IMG/VR virus record: IMGVR_UViG_3300024239_000017 | Reading direction: 5' to 3' (one strand) | From: a virus | Length of the DNA stretch: 64,000 nt | Part shown: positions 49,142 through 58,204 of the stretch, in pieces | Layout: every line of letters begins with the position of its first letter | Numbering within the stretch: the stretch's first letter is position 1 | Made by a program: the position numbers and the translations under genes | Notes under the pieces: model-generated | What the model saw: only the letters and a program-made list of their open reading frames with translations | Told to the model about the DNA's origin: nothing | Databases searched by the model: none

Positions 49142-49553
49142 GTCTCATAGTTTTACCTATTTTATCTAAAAATTTATTCTCACCAAAATCTATTATGAAA
49201 GATTTTACACCATCTTTTGACTCTATAAGTGTTTTAATATCGTTAAGTTCTGTACTTAATAACGTTATATTCATATTATTTGATGAAGTTTTTAAAAGTT
49301 TCTTTATTTTTCTCTTTCCAATTTTACCCTGTCGCAAATATGATAAATTTGTAGTTAATGATTTTTCAGATATTTTTAAATTCTTACATATTATTTCTTT
49401 TGTTTTTTTACTATAATCATGTCTGATTAAATATATTAATATCTTTATTTGGGTTTGTGTAAGACCCCACTGCTCTACAGTATTATATAAAGATATTAAA
49501 GAGTAATATAAATCAAATTCAGTATCGTATTTTTTACTTATAGGTATAATCAT
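49119..49553 (-). CDS. Winged-HTH putative transcription regulator
   Basis: LTQTQIKILIYL..KEIICKNLKISEKSLTTNLSYLRQ. Confidence 0.6.
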   Translation of the reverse strand: MIIPISKKYDTEFDLYYSLISLYNTVEQWGLTQTQIKILIYLIRHDYSKKTKEIICKNLKISEKSLTTNLSYLRQGKIGKRKIKKLLKTSSNNMNITLLSTELNDIKTLIESKDGVKSFIIDFGENKFLDKIGKTMRHAVSKKT

Positions 49554-49566
49554 CTATTTATTTTTA

Positions 49567-49600
49567 TGCAAATATAAAAAAATTTTTTGACATATGCAAA
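49567..49600 (-). promoter_or_regulatory. Conserved-spacer promoter (GCATATGTC class), leftward
   Basis: Minus strand TTTGCATATGTCAAAAAATTTTTTTATATTTGCA. Confidence 0.85.
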
Positions 49601-49642
49601 TATATTAAAAAAATTTTAATATTAATTTTTAAATTAACATTT

Positions 49643-49675
49643 TTTGATATTATAAAATATTTATATATATTTGCA
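49643..49675 (+). promoter_or_regulatory. Rightward promoter
   Basis: TTTG-N19-TATATTTGCA. Confidence 0.7.
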
Positions 49676-49677
49676 AA

Positions 49678-49765
49678 ATGTAAATGAGAAGACAATTAAA
49701 ATATACATATAATAGCAACTTGAACTACTCTCTCATTTATTTATTTGTTCTTGTTGCTATTTTTA
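49678..49765 (+). ncRNA. Candidate ~88-nt small RNA or attenuator
   Basis: Lies between a promoter and a terminator (aatagcaac/gttgctatt plus U run); taaatgaga pairs with tctcattta in the loop. Confidence 0.45.
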
Positions 49766-49799
49766 TTTGCATATGTCAAAAATTTTTTGTATGTTTGCA
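49766..49799 (+). promoter_or_regulatory. Conserved-spacer promoter (GCATATGTC class)
   Basis: TTTGCATATGTCAAAAATTTTTTGTATGTTTGCA. Confidence 0.85.
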
Positions 49800-49801
49800 A
49801 A

Positions 49802-50350
49802 AATTTTATAGCAAATCATAAAATTATATAAAGTACTAACCGTTACTATTTATGATATTGACGGCAACGAATACAACATCGTGTAAAAGTGTTCCCGACC
49901 ATTAGGGATTTGACTAATTGTAGCAACGTAATGGTATTTTTTTTAAATTAGATATTTAGCAGTAACGGCATGGAAACGTAAACAAAGGCACGACTTATAT
50001 ATCTAATGAGTATATGGAGGGGGAAAAATTAACCACAGCGAATATACTCTTATCCGAAAGCTGGGGAAAGGTCGGCAGGTAGTTCTTAATTCATTATACC
50101 TGAGTATCTAGAATAATACTAAAAAAGATGAATAGCATACAGATTGTCTAGAATCTATAGGTGCACCAAAATAGTTGGTTAGAACATTCCTAAATTACGC
50201 GTGTACAATGTTACACTGCTGGAAAATCAATAGGTTTTCCTTTAGGGAGTTCTATACCCGTAACGTTTATAAATACCTATTAATTTAGATGTTTATATAC
50301 TTAATATTTATTAAATAGTAAGTGTTTATAAATAGGTAATTTATTTAAAC
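49802..50350 (+). ncRNA. Candidate large structured non-coding RNA (~550 nt) or structured groEL leader
   Basis: No long ORF, richer in G/C than flanks, at least 12 complementary stems with G-U pairs favouring the + strand, loop-loop pairing. Confidence 0.6.
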
Positions 50351-50382
50351 TATACATCGCGCGAGAGAGAAAATAAATAGAT

Positions 50383-51891
50383 ATGATAGTAAAAGGAAAA
50401 GAAGCACAAGAAAAGTTATTAGAAGGTATTAATGAAACAGTTGATGTTGTAAAGACAACATTGGGAAGTAAAGGTAAAACTGTACTAATCCAGGATAAAT
50501 ACGGATTAGGTTTTAATGTTACAAAAGACGGAGTTACAGTTGCGGAAGCAACAACTTTTGAAGATGATTATTTGAATATTGGATCTGAATTTGTGAAACA
50601 TGCTGCTAAAAAAACAGTAGACGAGGCTGGAGATGGTACGACTACAACATCAATACTTACACAATCAATGTGTAATAACATTTTTAAAGAGATAGAATTA
50701 GGTAAAAATCAAAATGATTTAATTAAAGATTTAAAATACGATTTAAACACAGTAATTGATTATATAAAAAATAATTCTAAGAAAATAGAAAGTACAGACG
50801 ATATTAAAAATATCGCTATAATATCATCTAATAACGACACAGAAATATCAAGTATAATAAAAGATATTTATGATAAAACAAATTTTGACGTAGTTATAGA
50901 TGTTGTTGAAACAGATGATACAGTCACTAGTTATGAAATAGTAAAAGGATTTACTATACATGATACAGGTTATTCATCAAGACAATTTATAAATAATTTT
51001 GATAAAGGTAGGGTAGAATATTCTAATCCAAGAGTATATATTAACAACGGTAAGATAAAAAGCATTACACCAGAGTTATTTGAGTTACTTGGAATGCAAC
51101 AAGATAAGAACAGTGAAAATTTCAGACCATTAGTGTTGATTGTGGAAGATATTGAAGAAATGGCTTTAAGGGAAATAGTATCGGCTTATGGAGCTGGAGC
51201 TTTATCAGATCTGGTTGTTGTTCAAAGTAATCTAATTTTTAATGATAGAAAGAATTCATTTTTAGACGCTTCTATATTTTTAGGAAATGATTATTCTGAA
51301 AACAAGTTTTCTAATGAAGGTGAATGTGAAAAAATAGTTATTGAAAAAGATAGAGTAACATTTATAAACGGTAAAGGTTCTAATATTGAAAAACATATTG
51401 AAAAATTAAAAGAAGAATATAAAGAAAATAATAAAGTATCTTTAAAAAATAGAATATTTGCTTTAGAATCAAACGCTGCTATTATTAAAGTTGGTGGAAA
51501 ATTAATTACAGAAATATCAGAAAAAAAAGATAGAGTTGACGATGCTGTATCTGCTGTTAAATCAGCTATAGAAGAAGGTTATTTACCAGGTGGGTCAAGC
51601 ACACTGCTTTTCGCTAAAAAAGACCTATCTCTTAAGACTGATATAATGTCTGAATCATTACTTTCGTGCTATAAACAATTAATGATTAATGCAGGTTTGG
51701 AACCTTTCTTTTATTTAAAAGACATATACAACGAAGGATTTGGATTTGGGTTTAATCTTAATAATGAATTAGTTTCAAACATGTATGAAGATGGTATATA
51801 TGATTCTACTAAAGTATTAAGAGTATCATTGGAAAATGCTGTACACACAGCTTGTACATTTGCTTTAATAAATTCACTTATAATAAAATAA
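50383..51891 (+). CDS. groEL: Phage chaperonin GroEL
   Basis: TTLGSKG, TKDGVTVA, AGDGTTT, KKDRVDDA, EEGYLPGG; lacks the GGM tail. Confidence 0.95.
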   Translation: MIVKGKEAQEKLLEGINETVDVVKTTLGSKGKTVLIQDKYGLGFNVTKDGVTVAEATTFEDDYLNIGSEFVKHAAKKTVDEAGDGTTTTSILTQSMCNNIFKEIELGKNQNDLIKDLKYDLNTVIDYIKNNSKKIESTDDIKNIAIISSNNDTEISSIIKDIYDKTNFDVVIDVVETDDTVTSYEIVKGFTIHDTGYSSRQFINNFDKGRVEYSNPRVYINNGKIKSITPELFELLGMQQDKNSENFRPLVLIVEDIEEMALREIVSAYGAGALSDLVVVQSNLIFNDRKNSFLDASIFLGNDYSENKFSNEGECEKIVIEKDRVTFINGKGSNIEKHIEKLKEEYKENNKVSLKNRIFALESNAAIIKVGGKLITEISEKKDRVDDAVSAVKSAIEEGYLPGGSSTLLFAKKDLSLKTDIMSESLLSCYKQLMINAGLEPFFYLKDIYNEGFGFGFNLNNELVSNMYEDGIYDSTKVLRVSLENAVHTACTFALINSLIIK

Positions 51892-51894
51892 AAA

Positions 51895-52332
51895 ATGATA
51901 GTATTAAATAACAAAGTATTATTAGAAGTATTAGATGATGAATTTCAACCTAAGAAAACTTTTTTAAATACAACTGCTGATTTACTTAAATATTGTAAAG
52001 TTTTAGATGTAGGTAAAAAAGTAGAAGATATTAAGAAAGATGATATAGTAAAATTGTATGTAATAAATATAAATTTTTTAGATAAAAAAACAGGTTTCTG
52101 TAATGAAAAAGATATTATATTTATAAACGATTATCCTAGAGAAAATAAAGTACATATTAAAAATCAAACAAAAGAAAACTTAGGTTTTTTACATAAAGCT
52201 GAAGTTATTAAATCCAGTTCTGATGACATAGATGATAATGACGAAATTTATTACAAACACGGTCAATCACATATACTTCCTGACAACACTGAAATAATAT
52301 CTGAAACACAAATATATTATAAAAAGGGTTAA
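51895..52332 (+). CDS. groES: Co-chaperonin GroES-like protein, apparently two tandem domains
   Basis: VLNNKVLLE..KVLDVG..IKKDDIV..EKDII, then PRENKVHIK..KAEVI..IDDNDEIYY..SETQI; follows groEL. Confidence 0.6.
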   Translation: MIVLNNKVLLEVLDDEFQPKKTFLNTTADLLKYCKVLDVGKKVEDIKKDDIVKLYVININFLDKKTGFCNEKDIIFINDYPRENKVHIKNQTKENLGFLHKAEVIKSSSDDIDDNDEIYYKHGQSHILPDNTEIISETQIYYKKG

Positions 52333-52354
52333 CTTAATTGTTAATCCTTTTTTT
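52321..52354 (+). terminator. Terminator after groES
   Basis: aaaaagggttaac/gttaatccttttt stem plus U run. Confidence 0.8.
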
Positions 52355-52403
52355 ATTTTCAATAATATTTATTATATTTGCATAAATAAAAAAAAACAAA
52401 GAA

Positions 52404-52658
52404 ATGGCAAATAAAGAAAAATTAATGGATTACCAAGAGTTCTATGATGAACTTATTGAAAAAGAATATCTTCCTTTAAAAGTTGATTACAATTGGACAG
52501 ATAAAAATGAGGATTTTATGAGAGAAGTATTATTTTTATTCTATACTACTTACATAAAAACAAAAGATTTAGGATTAGTTAATCCTTTATTAAGATTATA
52601 TTCTGATGTTATACTGGCCGCATATACACATTATCCTGAAGAAGAAGGATATTTGTAG
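52404..52658 (+). CDS. Hypothetical protein
   Basis: 84-aa ORF preceded by TATATTTG (52373-52380). Confidence 0.6.
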   Translation: MANKEKLMDYQEFYDELIEKEYLPLKVDYNWTDKNEDFMREVLFLFYTTYIKTKDLGLVNPLLRLYSDVILAAYTHYPEEEGYL

Positions 52659-52667
52659 TTAAAAAAC

Positions 52668-52700
52668 TTGTATATGTCAAAAATTTTTCGTATGTTTGCA
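52668..52700 (+). promoter_or_regulatory. Conserved-spacer promoter
   Basis: TTGTATATGTCAAAAATTTTTCGTATGTTTGCA. Confidence 0.85.
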
Positions 52701-52701
52701 T

Positions 52702-54141
52702 ATGTTTAAGTTAAGAGAATATCAAGAAAAAGGAAAGAAGGATATAGAGGATTTTATATTTAATTCAAGCCATAAAAAAGGTATAGTAGTAAAACCTGTT
52801 GGTTCTGGTAAAGCCTTGGATACAGCTATTATAGCAGAGATGGTAAATGAGGATATATTGGTATTACAACCCAATATAGAATTATTAGAACAAAATATAG
52901 AAAAAGCTAGAGCATTTGGTTTAGATCCTAGTATTTATTCTGCATCTGCAAATAAAAAACAAGTTTCAAATATAACCTATGCAACACCATTATCTGTAAT
53001 ATCTGAACCAGACTTATTCAAAAATAAGAAAATAGTAGTAGTAGATGAATGTCATCTTAATATGAGCAATACTATGCGTGGTGGTAAGATAAATAAGAGT
53101 GGTAAATTAAATGATTTTTTAAAATATATAAATCCAAAAAAAGTAATAGGTCTTACAGCGTCACCAATACAATTAGTAACAACAGGAATAGGATCAGAGT
53201 TAAAAATGATTAATAGATCCATGAGGTCATTTTGGTATAAAAGTGATATATTTCATGTTACTCAAATAAACGAGATACAAGAAAAATATTGGGCGGATAT
53301 ATCAACGGATATTATAGAAAACAATGTAAACTTTTTGGAAAAAGCTAGGGAAAATAGTCCAGAGTTTACAGATGAAAGTATTATAACTCAATATGAAGAA
53401 TCTAATTTTAAAAATAAAATTATAGAAAACTATAATGATTTATTATATGAGGGAAAAAAGAGTATACTTACATTTGTACCATCTGTTAAACAAGCAATAG
53501 AATTATCAAAAGAAAGTAAAGATTTTGCTGTAGTATATGATAAGACTCCTAAAAAAGAAAGAAAGGCAATAGTTGACGCATTTAAAAGAGGTGATATACC
53601 AATGCTTATAAACTGTATGGTATTTACAGCAGGTTTTGATCATCAAGAATTAGACGGTCTTATAATGGCTAGAGATACAATGAGTTATCAATTATATTAT
53701 CAAATATATGGTAGAATAGTTAGACCTATATATAACAACGGAGATATAATAAAAAAGAAAGCAAAGATAGTAGACCTAACTGGTAATACACTTAGATTTG
53801 GAGATCCTAGAAATATGACCATAGAAAAAAATGATTATACTAATGGTTGGGCTATGTGGAACGGTGATAATTTAATATCAGGTTATCCATTTGGTGATTG
53901 GGAAATGCCACATAGATCTTCATTTATAGGTAAAAATGTTATAAGTACAAATGAACAAATAGAAGATATAACTCTTTCTTTTGGTAAATATAAAGGAAAA
54001 AGTTTAATAGAATCATTTAATTCTAACCCAAATTATTTTGTATGGGTAAGGCAAAAATTTGATTTTTCAAAATCATATAATCAAAAATTGAAAATAGTAT
54101 TAGATAAATTAATAGATAAACATATAGCTCACGGAAAATAA
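52702..54141 (+). CDS. SF2 DExH helicase (YejH/RadD-like) with C-terminal FGKYKG domain; start ATG 52702
   Basis: LREYQ, PVGSGKA, DECH, GLTASP, FTAGFD, QIYGRIVR. Confidence 0.9.
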   Translation: MFKLREYQEKGKKDIEDFIFNSSHKKGIVVKPVGSGKALDTAIIAEMVNEDILVLQPNIELLEQNIEKARAFGLDPSIYSASANKKQVSNITYATPLSVISEPDLFKNKKIVVVDECHLNMSNTMRGGKINKSGKLNDFLKYINPKKVIGLTASPIQLVTTGIGSELKMINRSMRSFWYKSDIFHVTQINEIQEKYWADISTDIIENNVNFLEKARENSPEFTDESIITQYEESNFKNKIIENYNDLLYEGKKSILTFVPSVKQAIELSKESKDFAVVYDKTPKKERKAIVDAFKRGDIPMLINCMVFTAGFDHQELDGLIMARDTMSYQLYYQIYGRIVRPIYNNGDIIKKKAKIVDLTGNTLRFGDPRNMTIEKNDYTNGWAMWNGDNLISGYPFGDWEMPHRSSFIGKNVISTNEQIEDITLSFGKYKGKSLIESFNSNPNYFVWVRQKFDFSKSYNQKLKIVLDKLIDKHIAHGK

Positions 54142-55103
54142 TGGAAAACAACGTAAAAGAATTCAAAGAATTAGTAAGAAAAACATTTGGTAAAAACTCT
54201 GGAATATTAATAGAAGATCCAGAAAACATTTCAATAGAAAAATTTCCAACAGGATCTCTTCTGTTAGATAATGACTTAAAAGGTGGATGGGCTAAAGGTA
54301 CTCTAATAGAAATTTTTGGAGATACACAGAGTGGAAAAACCACAACGACTATACATGCTGTAGCTGAACATCAAAAAAAATATCCAGATGAACCTATTTT
54401 ATGGGTAGATTTAGAAAAAGTATATGACCCAACTTATTTTAAAGAAATAGGTATAGATATTTCTGAAGATAAATTTATATTATTAAGACCTGCATCAGGT
54501 GAGGATGCTTGGGAATCTATAATAATGTTTGTTAAAAATTTTGAAGGTGGTGTAGTAGTATTAGACTCAGTAGCATTATTACTACCTAAGAAAGAAGACG
54601 AAGGTTCTGTTGGTGATGCACAAATGGCTCTAGCCGCTAGAATGAATTCACAGGGTCTTAGGAAATTATTTCCTTATATGAAACCAGGTGGTACCACTGT
54701 ATTTGCAATAAATCAAATGAGGAAAAATATCGGTGGATATGGAGATCCAAATGTAACAACAGGTGGTGAGGCTTGGGCTTTTTATGCAAGAACAAGAATT
54801 AGAACATCTGTAAGTAAAGGTGAAGCTGGAGAATATTCTATACACAAATTTAAACAGATTAAGTCAAATTATGGTAATAGAGATTTTGTAACAGAAACAT
54901 CTATAGAATATGGTAAAGGTTTCGATGTAAATAAAGAAATATTAATAGCCGCTGTAGACAGAGGTATAATAAATAGAAGTGGTTCTTGGTTCTCTTATGG
55001 AGACGTTAAATTAGGACAAGGTGCTGATAACGTATCTTCATTATTAAGTGATAACCCTGAATTATATAACGAAATAGTAGAAAAGTTAAAAAAGTATGAC
55101 TAA
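54141..55103 (+). CDS. recA: RecA recombinase
   Basis: PTGSLLLD..GGWAKG, GDTQSGKTT, VLDSVA, ARMNSQGLRK, INQMR, TTGG, GSWFSY. Confidence 0.95.
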   Translation: MENNVKEFKELVRKTFGKNSGILIEDPENISIEKFPTGSLLLDNDLKGGWAKGTLIEIFGDTQSGKTTTTIHAVAEHQKKYPDEPILWVDLEKVYDPTYFKEIGIDISEDKFILLRPASGEDAWESIIMFVKNFEGGVVVLDSVALLLPKKEDEGSVGDAQMALAARMNSQGLRKLFPYMKPGGTTVFAINQMRKNIGGYGDPNVTTGGEAWAFYARTRIRTSVSKGEAGEYSIHKFKQIKSNYGNRDFVTETSIEYGKGFDVNKEILIAAVDRGIINRSGSWFSYGDVKLGQGADNVSSLLSDNPELYNEIVEKLKKYD

Positions 55104-55563
55104 TAATTATTCAAATTGGACTTTTAAAGGAAAAAACGTAAAAAATATTGAAGATATGCAAATACACGAACCTAAAGTTTGGGGATTCGTATATTTGATG
55201 TCATTGTATGATATTAAAACAGGAGAATTAAAGTACCAATATATAGGTAAAAAGAATATTTATAGTAAACGCAAAAGATCTTTCGGTAAAAAAGAAGTAG
55301 CTTCAATGAAAGACAAACGTGGTAAAAAATATGAATATGTTATAAAAGAATCCGATTGGAAAACATACCTATCTTCAAATAGTTTTATAAAAGATAATGC
55401 TAATAAATATAAAATAAAAAGAGAGATATTAATGTTCAGTACAAATGATATGGATCTTAAATATAAAGAAGCAAAAGAAATTATATGTAGAGGATGTTTG
55501 GAAGATGACTTTTTCTTAAACGATGGTGCGTCTTTACGAGTTTTCGGTAAAAAAGTAATGTAA
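55096..55563 (+). CDS. GIY-YIG (Seg-like) endonuclease
   Basis: GFVYLM..YIGKK..ESDWKTYLSS..REIL. Confidence 0.75.
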   Translation: MTNNYSNWTFKGKNVKNIEDMQIHEPKVWGFVYLMSLYDIKTGELKYQYIGKKNIYSKRKRSFGKKEVASMKDKRGKKYEYVIKESDWKTYLSSNSFIKDNANKYKIKREILMFSTNDMDLKYKEAKEIICRGCLEDDFFLNDGASLRVFGKKVM

Positions 55564-55572
55564 TAATAATTT

Positions 55573-56241
55573 ATGGCAAAACAATTTAAAACAGATATTA
55601 AGTATTCTATAACATTAGATGATGAACAGAAAAATGTTAAAAAGAGTATATTTGAAAATCAAATAGTTATAGTAACAGGTAGAGCTGGTAGTGGTAAGAG
55701 TTTAGTATGTGCACAAACAGCACTAGATTTATTCTTTAAAAAAGAAGTAGAGAAAATATTAGTTACTAGAGCAAATGTAGAAACAGGTAGAAGTCTTGGG
55801 TTCCTACCAGGTACATTAGACGAAAAATTTAATCCTTATTTAGAAGCTTTTAAAGAAAATCTAATGACTTCTTATTCTGATACAAAAGAAAAGAAAGAGA
55901 AACTAGAACAGCATATTAAAAATAAAGACATAGACGCCTTACCAATAGCATTTATAAGAGGAAAAACAATAAATGATATATTAATAGTAGAAGAAAGTCA
56001 AAATCTTTTAGTATCAGAGGTATCTTCTATTGTAAGTAGATTAGGAAAAAATGGTAGGATAGTTTTCAACGGTGATTTTGATCAAGTAGATACAAAGGAA
56101 TCTTATACTGGATTACATTATTTAATGGACATGGCAAATGCTTTAGAGGATATAAAAGTACATAAGTTAAAACACAACCACAGGTCTGATTTAGTAGGTA
56201 AAATACTTGATTGGGAATACAGTAGAAATAAAAAAGTATAA
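55573..56241 (+). CDS. phoH: PhoH-family ATPase
   Basis: GRAGSGKS, LGFLPG, AFIRGKT, EESQN, SRLG..GDFDQVD, HRSDLV. Confidence 0.92.
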   Translation: MAKQFKTDIKYSITLDDEQKNVKKSIFENQIVIVTGRAGSGKSLVCAQTALDLFFKKEVEKILVTRANVETGRSLGFLPGTLDEKFNPYLEAFKENLMTSYSDTKEKKEKLEQHIKNKDIDALPIAFIRGKTINDILIVEESQNLLVSEVSSIVSRLGKNGRIVFNGDFDQVDTKESYTGLHYLMDMANALEDIKVHKLKHNHRSDLVGKILDWEYSRNKKV

Positions 56242-56245
56242 AATA

Positions 56246-56279
56246 TTTGCATATGTCAAAAAATTTTCGTATGTTTGCA
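56246..56279 (+). promoter_or_regulatory. Conserved-spacer promoter
   Basis: TTTGCATATGTCAAAAAATTTTCGTATGTTTGCA. Confidence 0.85.
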
Positions 56280-56297
56280 AAGTCAAAATAATAAAAT

Positions 56298-57275
56298 ATG
56301 TTAAATAAAGAAGAAAGTAAAGAAGAGATATTAGAGTTATATAAAATATTTAAAAGTTCTGATATACTCGCGGAGAAGCTTCAAGAAAAATATGGATTGT
56401 ATGATACTTCAATATCATCATTATCTAGAAAAATAAGAAAATGGTTAGAGTACTATAGAAAAGAAGACAATATAATATTGGCAAAGAAAAATAAATCTCC
56501 TGCTAAAATACTTATTTTTGATATAGAAACTAGTCCAATAATAGGATATTTATGGTCTAAATGGCAGAACGGTATTAATGATGACGATATTATTCAAGAT
56601 TGGTCTATACTATGTTTTTCGGCAAAATGGTTATTTGAAGATGAGATTATATCACATAAATTAACCAAAAAAGAATTGAAAAAACTGGATGATTCTAGAA
56701 TAGTAAAAGAACTTTGGAAATTACTAGATGAAAGTGATATAGTAATAGGTCATAATGGAAAAAGATTTGATATTAAAAAAGCAAATGCAAAATTTATTAA
56801 ATATAGACTAAATTTACCGTCATCATATACAGTAATAGATACTTTATTACACGCAAGAAATAAATTTGCAATAACTTCTAATAAACTAGATTATTTAGGT
56901 GAATATCTAGGTGTTGGTAGAAAAATAGAAACACCTAAAGGAATGTGGAAGAAAGTAATGCAAGGAGATTATAATATGCTAGAAAAAATGGCAGAATATT
57001 GTGATGGAGATGTAAAATTACTTGAAGATGTATATTTAGAAATGAGACCTTATATACAACCGCATCCAAATATAGGTTTATATATAGAAGAGGATGTACA
57101 AGCATGTACGTGCTGTGGTTCAACAAATCTAAAAGATACAAATAAATCATATGTCACAACAGTAAACTCATATCAACTATTAAGATGCGGAGACTGTGGA
57201 AGTTTAATGAGAAGTAGAGTAAGTGATATACCTATAGACAGAAGAAAAAAAATATTAAGCTCTGTTCCACAATAG
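56298..57275 (+). CDS. RNase H-like (DEDD, YprB/RNase_H_2) exonuclease with C-terminal Zn ribbon
   Basis: FDIET, GHNGKRFD, IDTL, SNKLDYL, YCDGDV, CTCCGS..CGDCG. Confidence 0.85.
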   Translation: MLNKEESKEEILELYKIFKSSDILAEKLQEKYGLYDTSISSLSRKIRKWLEYYRKEDNIILAKKNKSPAKILIFDIETSPIIGYLWSKWQNGINDDDIIQDWSILCFSAKWLFEDEIISHKLTKKELKKLDDSRIVKELWKLLDESDIVIGHNGKRFDIKKANAKFIKYRLNLPSSYTVIDTLLHARNKFAITSNKLDYLGEYLGVGRKIETPKGMWKKVMQGDYNMLEKMAEYCDGDVKLLEDVYLEMRPYIQPHPNIGLYIEEDVQACTCCGSTNLKDTNKSYVTTVNSYQLLRCGDCGSLMRSRVSDIPIDRRKKILSSVPQ

Positions 57276-57286
57276 AATAATTTAAA

Positions 57287-57736
57287 ATGGAAAGTAGAAG
57301 TCCTACATATAATAGTTGGCAAGCAATGAAGAAGAGATGTCTTAATAAAAAACACAAAGGTTATAAAGACTATGGAGAAAAAGGAATAACAATATGTGAT
57401 GAATGGATAGATTCTTACCAAAATTTTAAAAGAGACATGGGAGAAAAACCAGAAAATCATTCATTAGATAGAATAGATAATTCCATAGGTTATTCTAAAG
57501 AAAATTGCAAATGGTCTACAATTACAGAACAGAATAGAAATCGTTCGTATAATAAAATTGTAGAATATAATGGAAATAGAAAAATTTTAATAGAGTTTTG
57601 TGAAGAACTTAATTTAGAATATAAGACTATATGTTTGAGAATAAACACTTATAAATGGGATATTGTTAGAGCTTTAAGTACTCCAACAAATAAACCATTT
57701 AATAAAAACGTTAACAAACAAGAATATAGAAAATAA
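57287..57736 (+). CDS. HNH homing endonuclease
   Basis: SWQAMKKRC..YGEKGITIC..HSLDRIDN..GYSKENCKW..QNRN. Confidence 0.85.
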   Translation: MESRSPTYNSWQAMKKRCLNKKHKGYKDYGEKGITICDEWIDSYQNFKRDMGEKPENHSLDRIDNSIGYSKENCKWSTITEQNRNRSYNKIVEYNGNRKILIEFCEELNLEYKTICLRINTYKWDIVRALSTPTNKPFNKNVNKQEYRK

Positions 57737-57812
57737 AAAGCCTATCTTCTCTGTAGAAGATTTAAAAACGAGACGGTGATGGCTTCCGTAAAAAGTAACA
57801 AAATCGGAAAAT

Positions 57813-58157
57813 ATGTTAAAGAAAATTTTAACAGTACTAACGATGATGTTATTCTCCTTAAGTTTTAGCCAACAATCAGGTAAAGCAAGTTATTACCATG
57901 ATAAATATGAAGGCAAAAAAACAAAAAATGGTAGCATTTTTAGACAAAATGCACTAACATGTGCATCTAATATGTACAAATTAAACTCTAAATTAAGAGT
58001 TACAAATATGGAGAATGGTAAAAGTGTAATTGTTACGGTTACTGATACAGGTATGTTTAAAATGCCTAAAATAGTAGACCTTAGTAAAAAAGCTTTTACA
58101 GAAATAGCTTCTTTGAATAAAGGAATCGTTAGTGTCTTAGTAGAAGAAGTTGATTAA
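57813..58157 (+). CDS. rlpA: RlpA-like double-psi beta-barrel lytic transglycosylase with signal peptide
   Basis: GKASYY..GKKTKNG..LTCAS..RVTN..NGKSVIVTVTDTG..IVDLSKKAF. Confidence 0.88.
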   Translation: MLKKILTVLTMMLFSLSFSQQSGKASYYHDKYEGKKTKNGSIFRQNALTCASNMYKLNSKLRVTNMENGKSVIVTVTDTGMFKMPKIVDLSKKAFTEIASLNKGIVSVLVEEVD

Positions 58158-58161
58158 AATC

Positions 58162-58193
58162 AAAATTTCCCGAAAAAATTCGGGAAATTTTTT
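58162..58193 (+). terminator. Terminator
   Basis: aaaatttcccgaa/ttcgggaaatttt stem plus U run. Confidence 0.85.
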
Positions 58194-58204
58194 GTATAAA
58201 AAAC

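Noticed and set aside
3897-49416. Many short plus-strand ORFs antisense to structural genes, and minus-strand ORFs antisense to replication genes
   Set aside because: Shadow frames with S/L/F/I-rich composition expected from A-rich coding strands; fully overlap convincing genes.
49684-49821. 45-aa hydrophobic ORF (MRRQLK..LIYLFVLVAIFICI..) as a type I toxin
   Set aside because: Hydrophobicity derives from the T-rich terminator, and the ORF crosses a terminator and the next promoter; not supportable as a protein.
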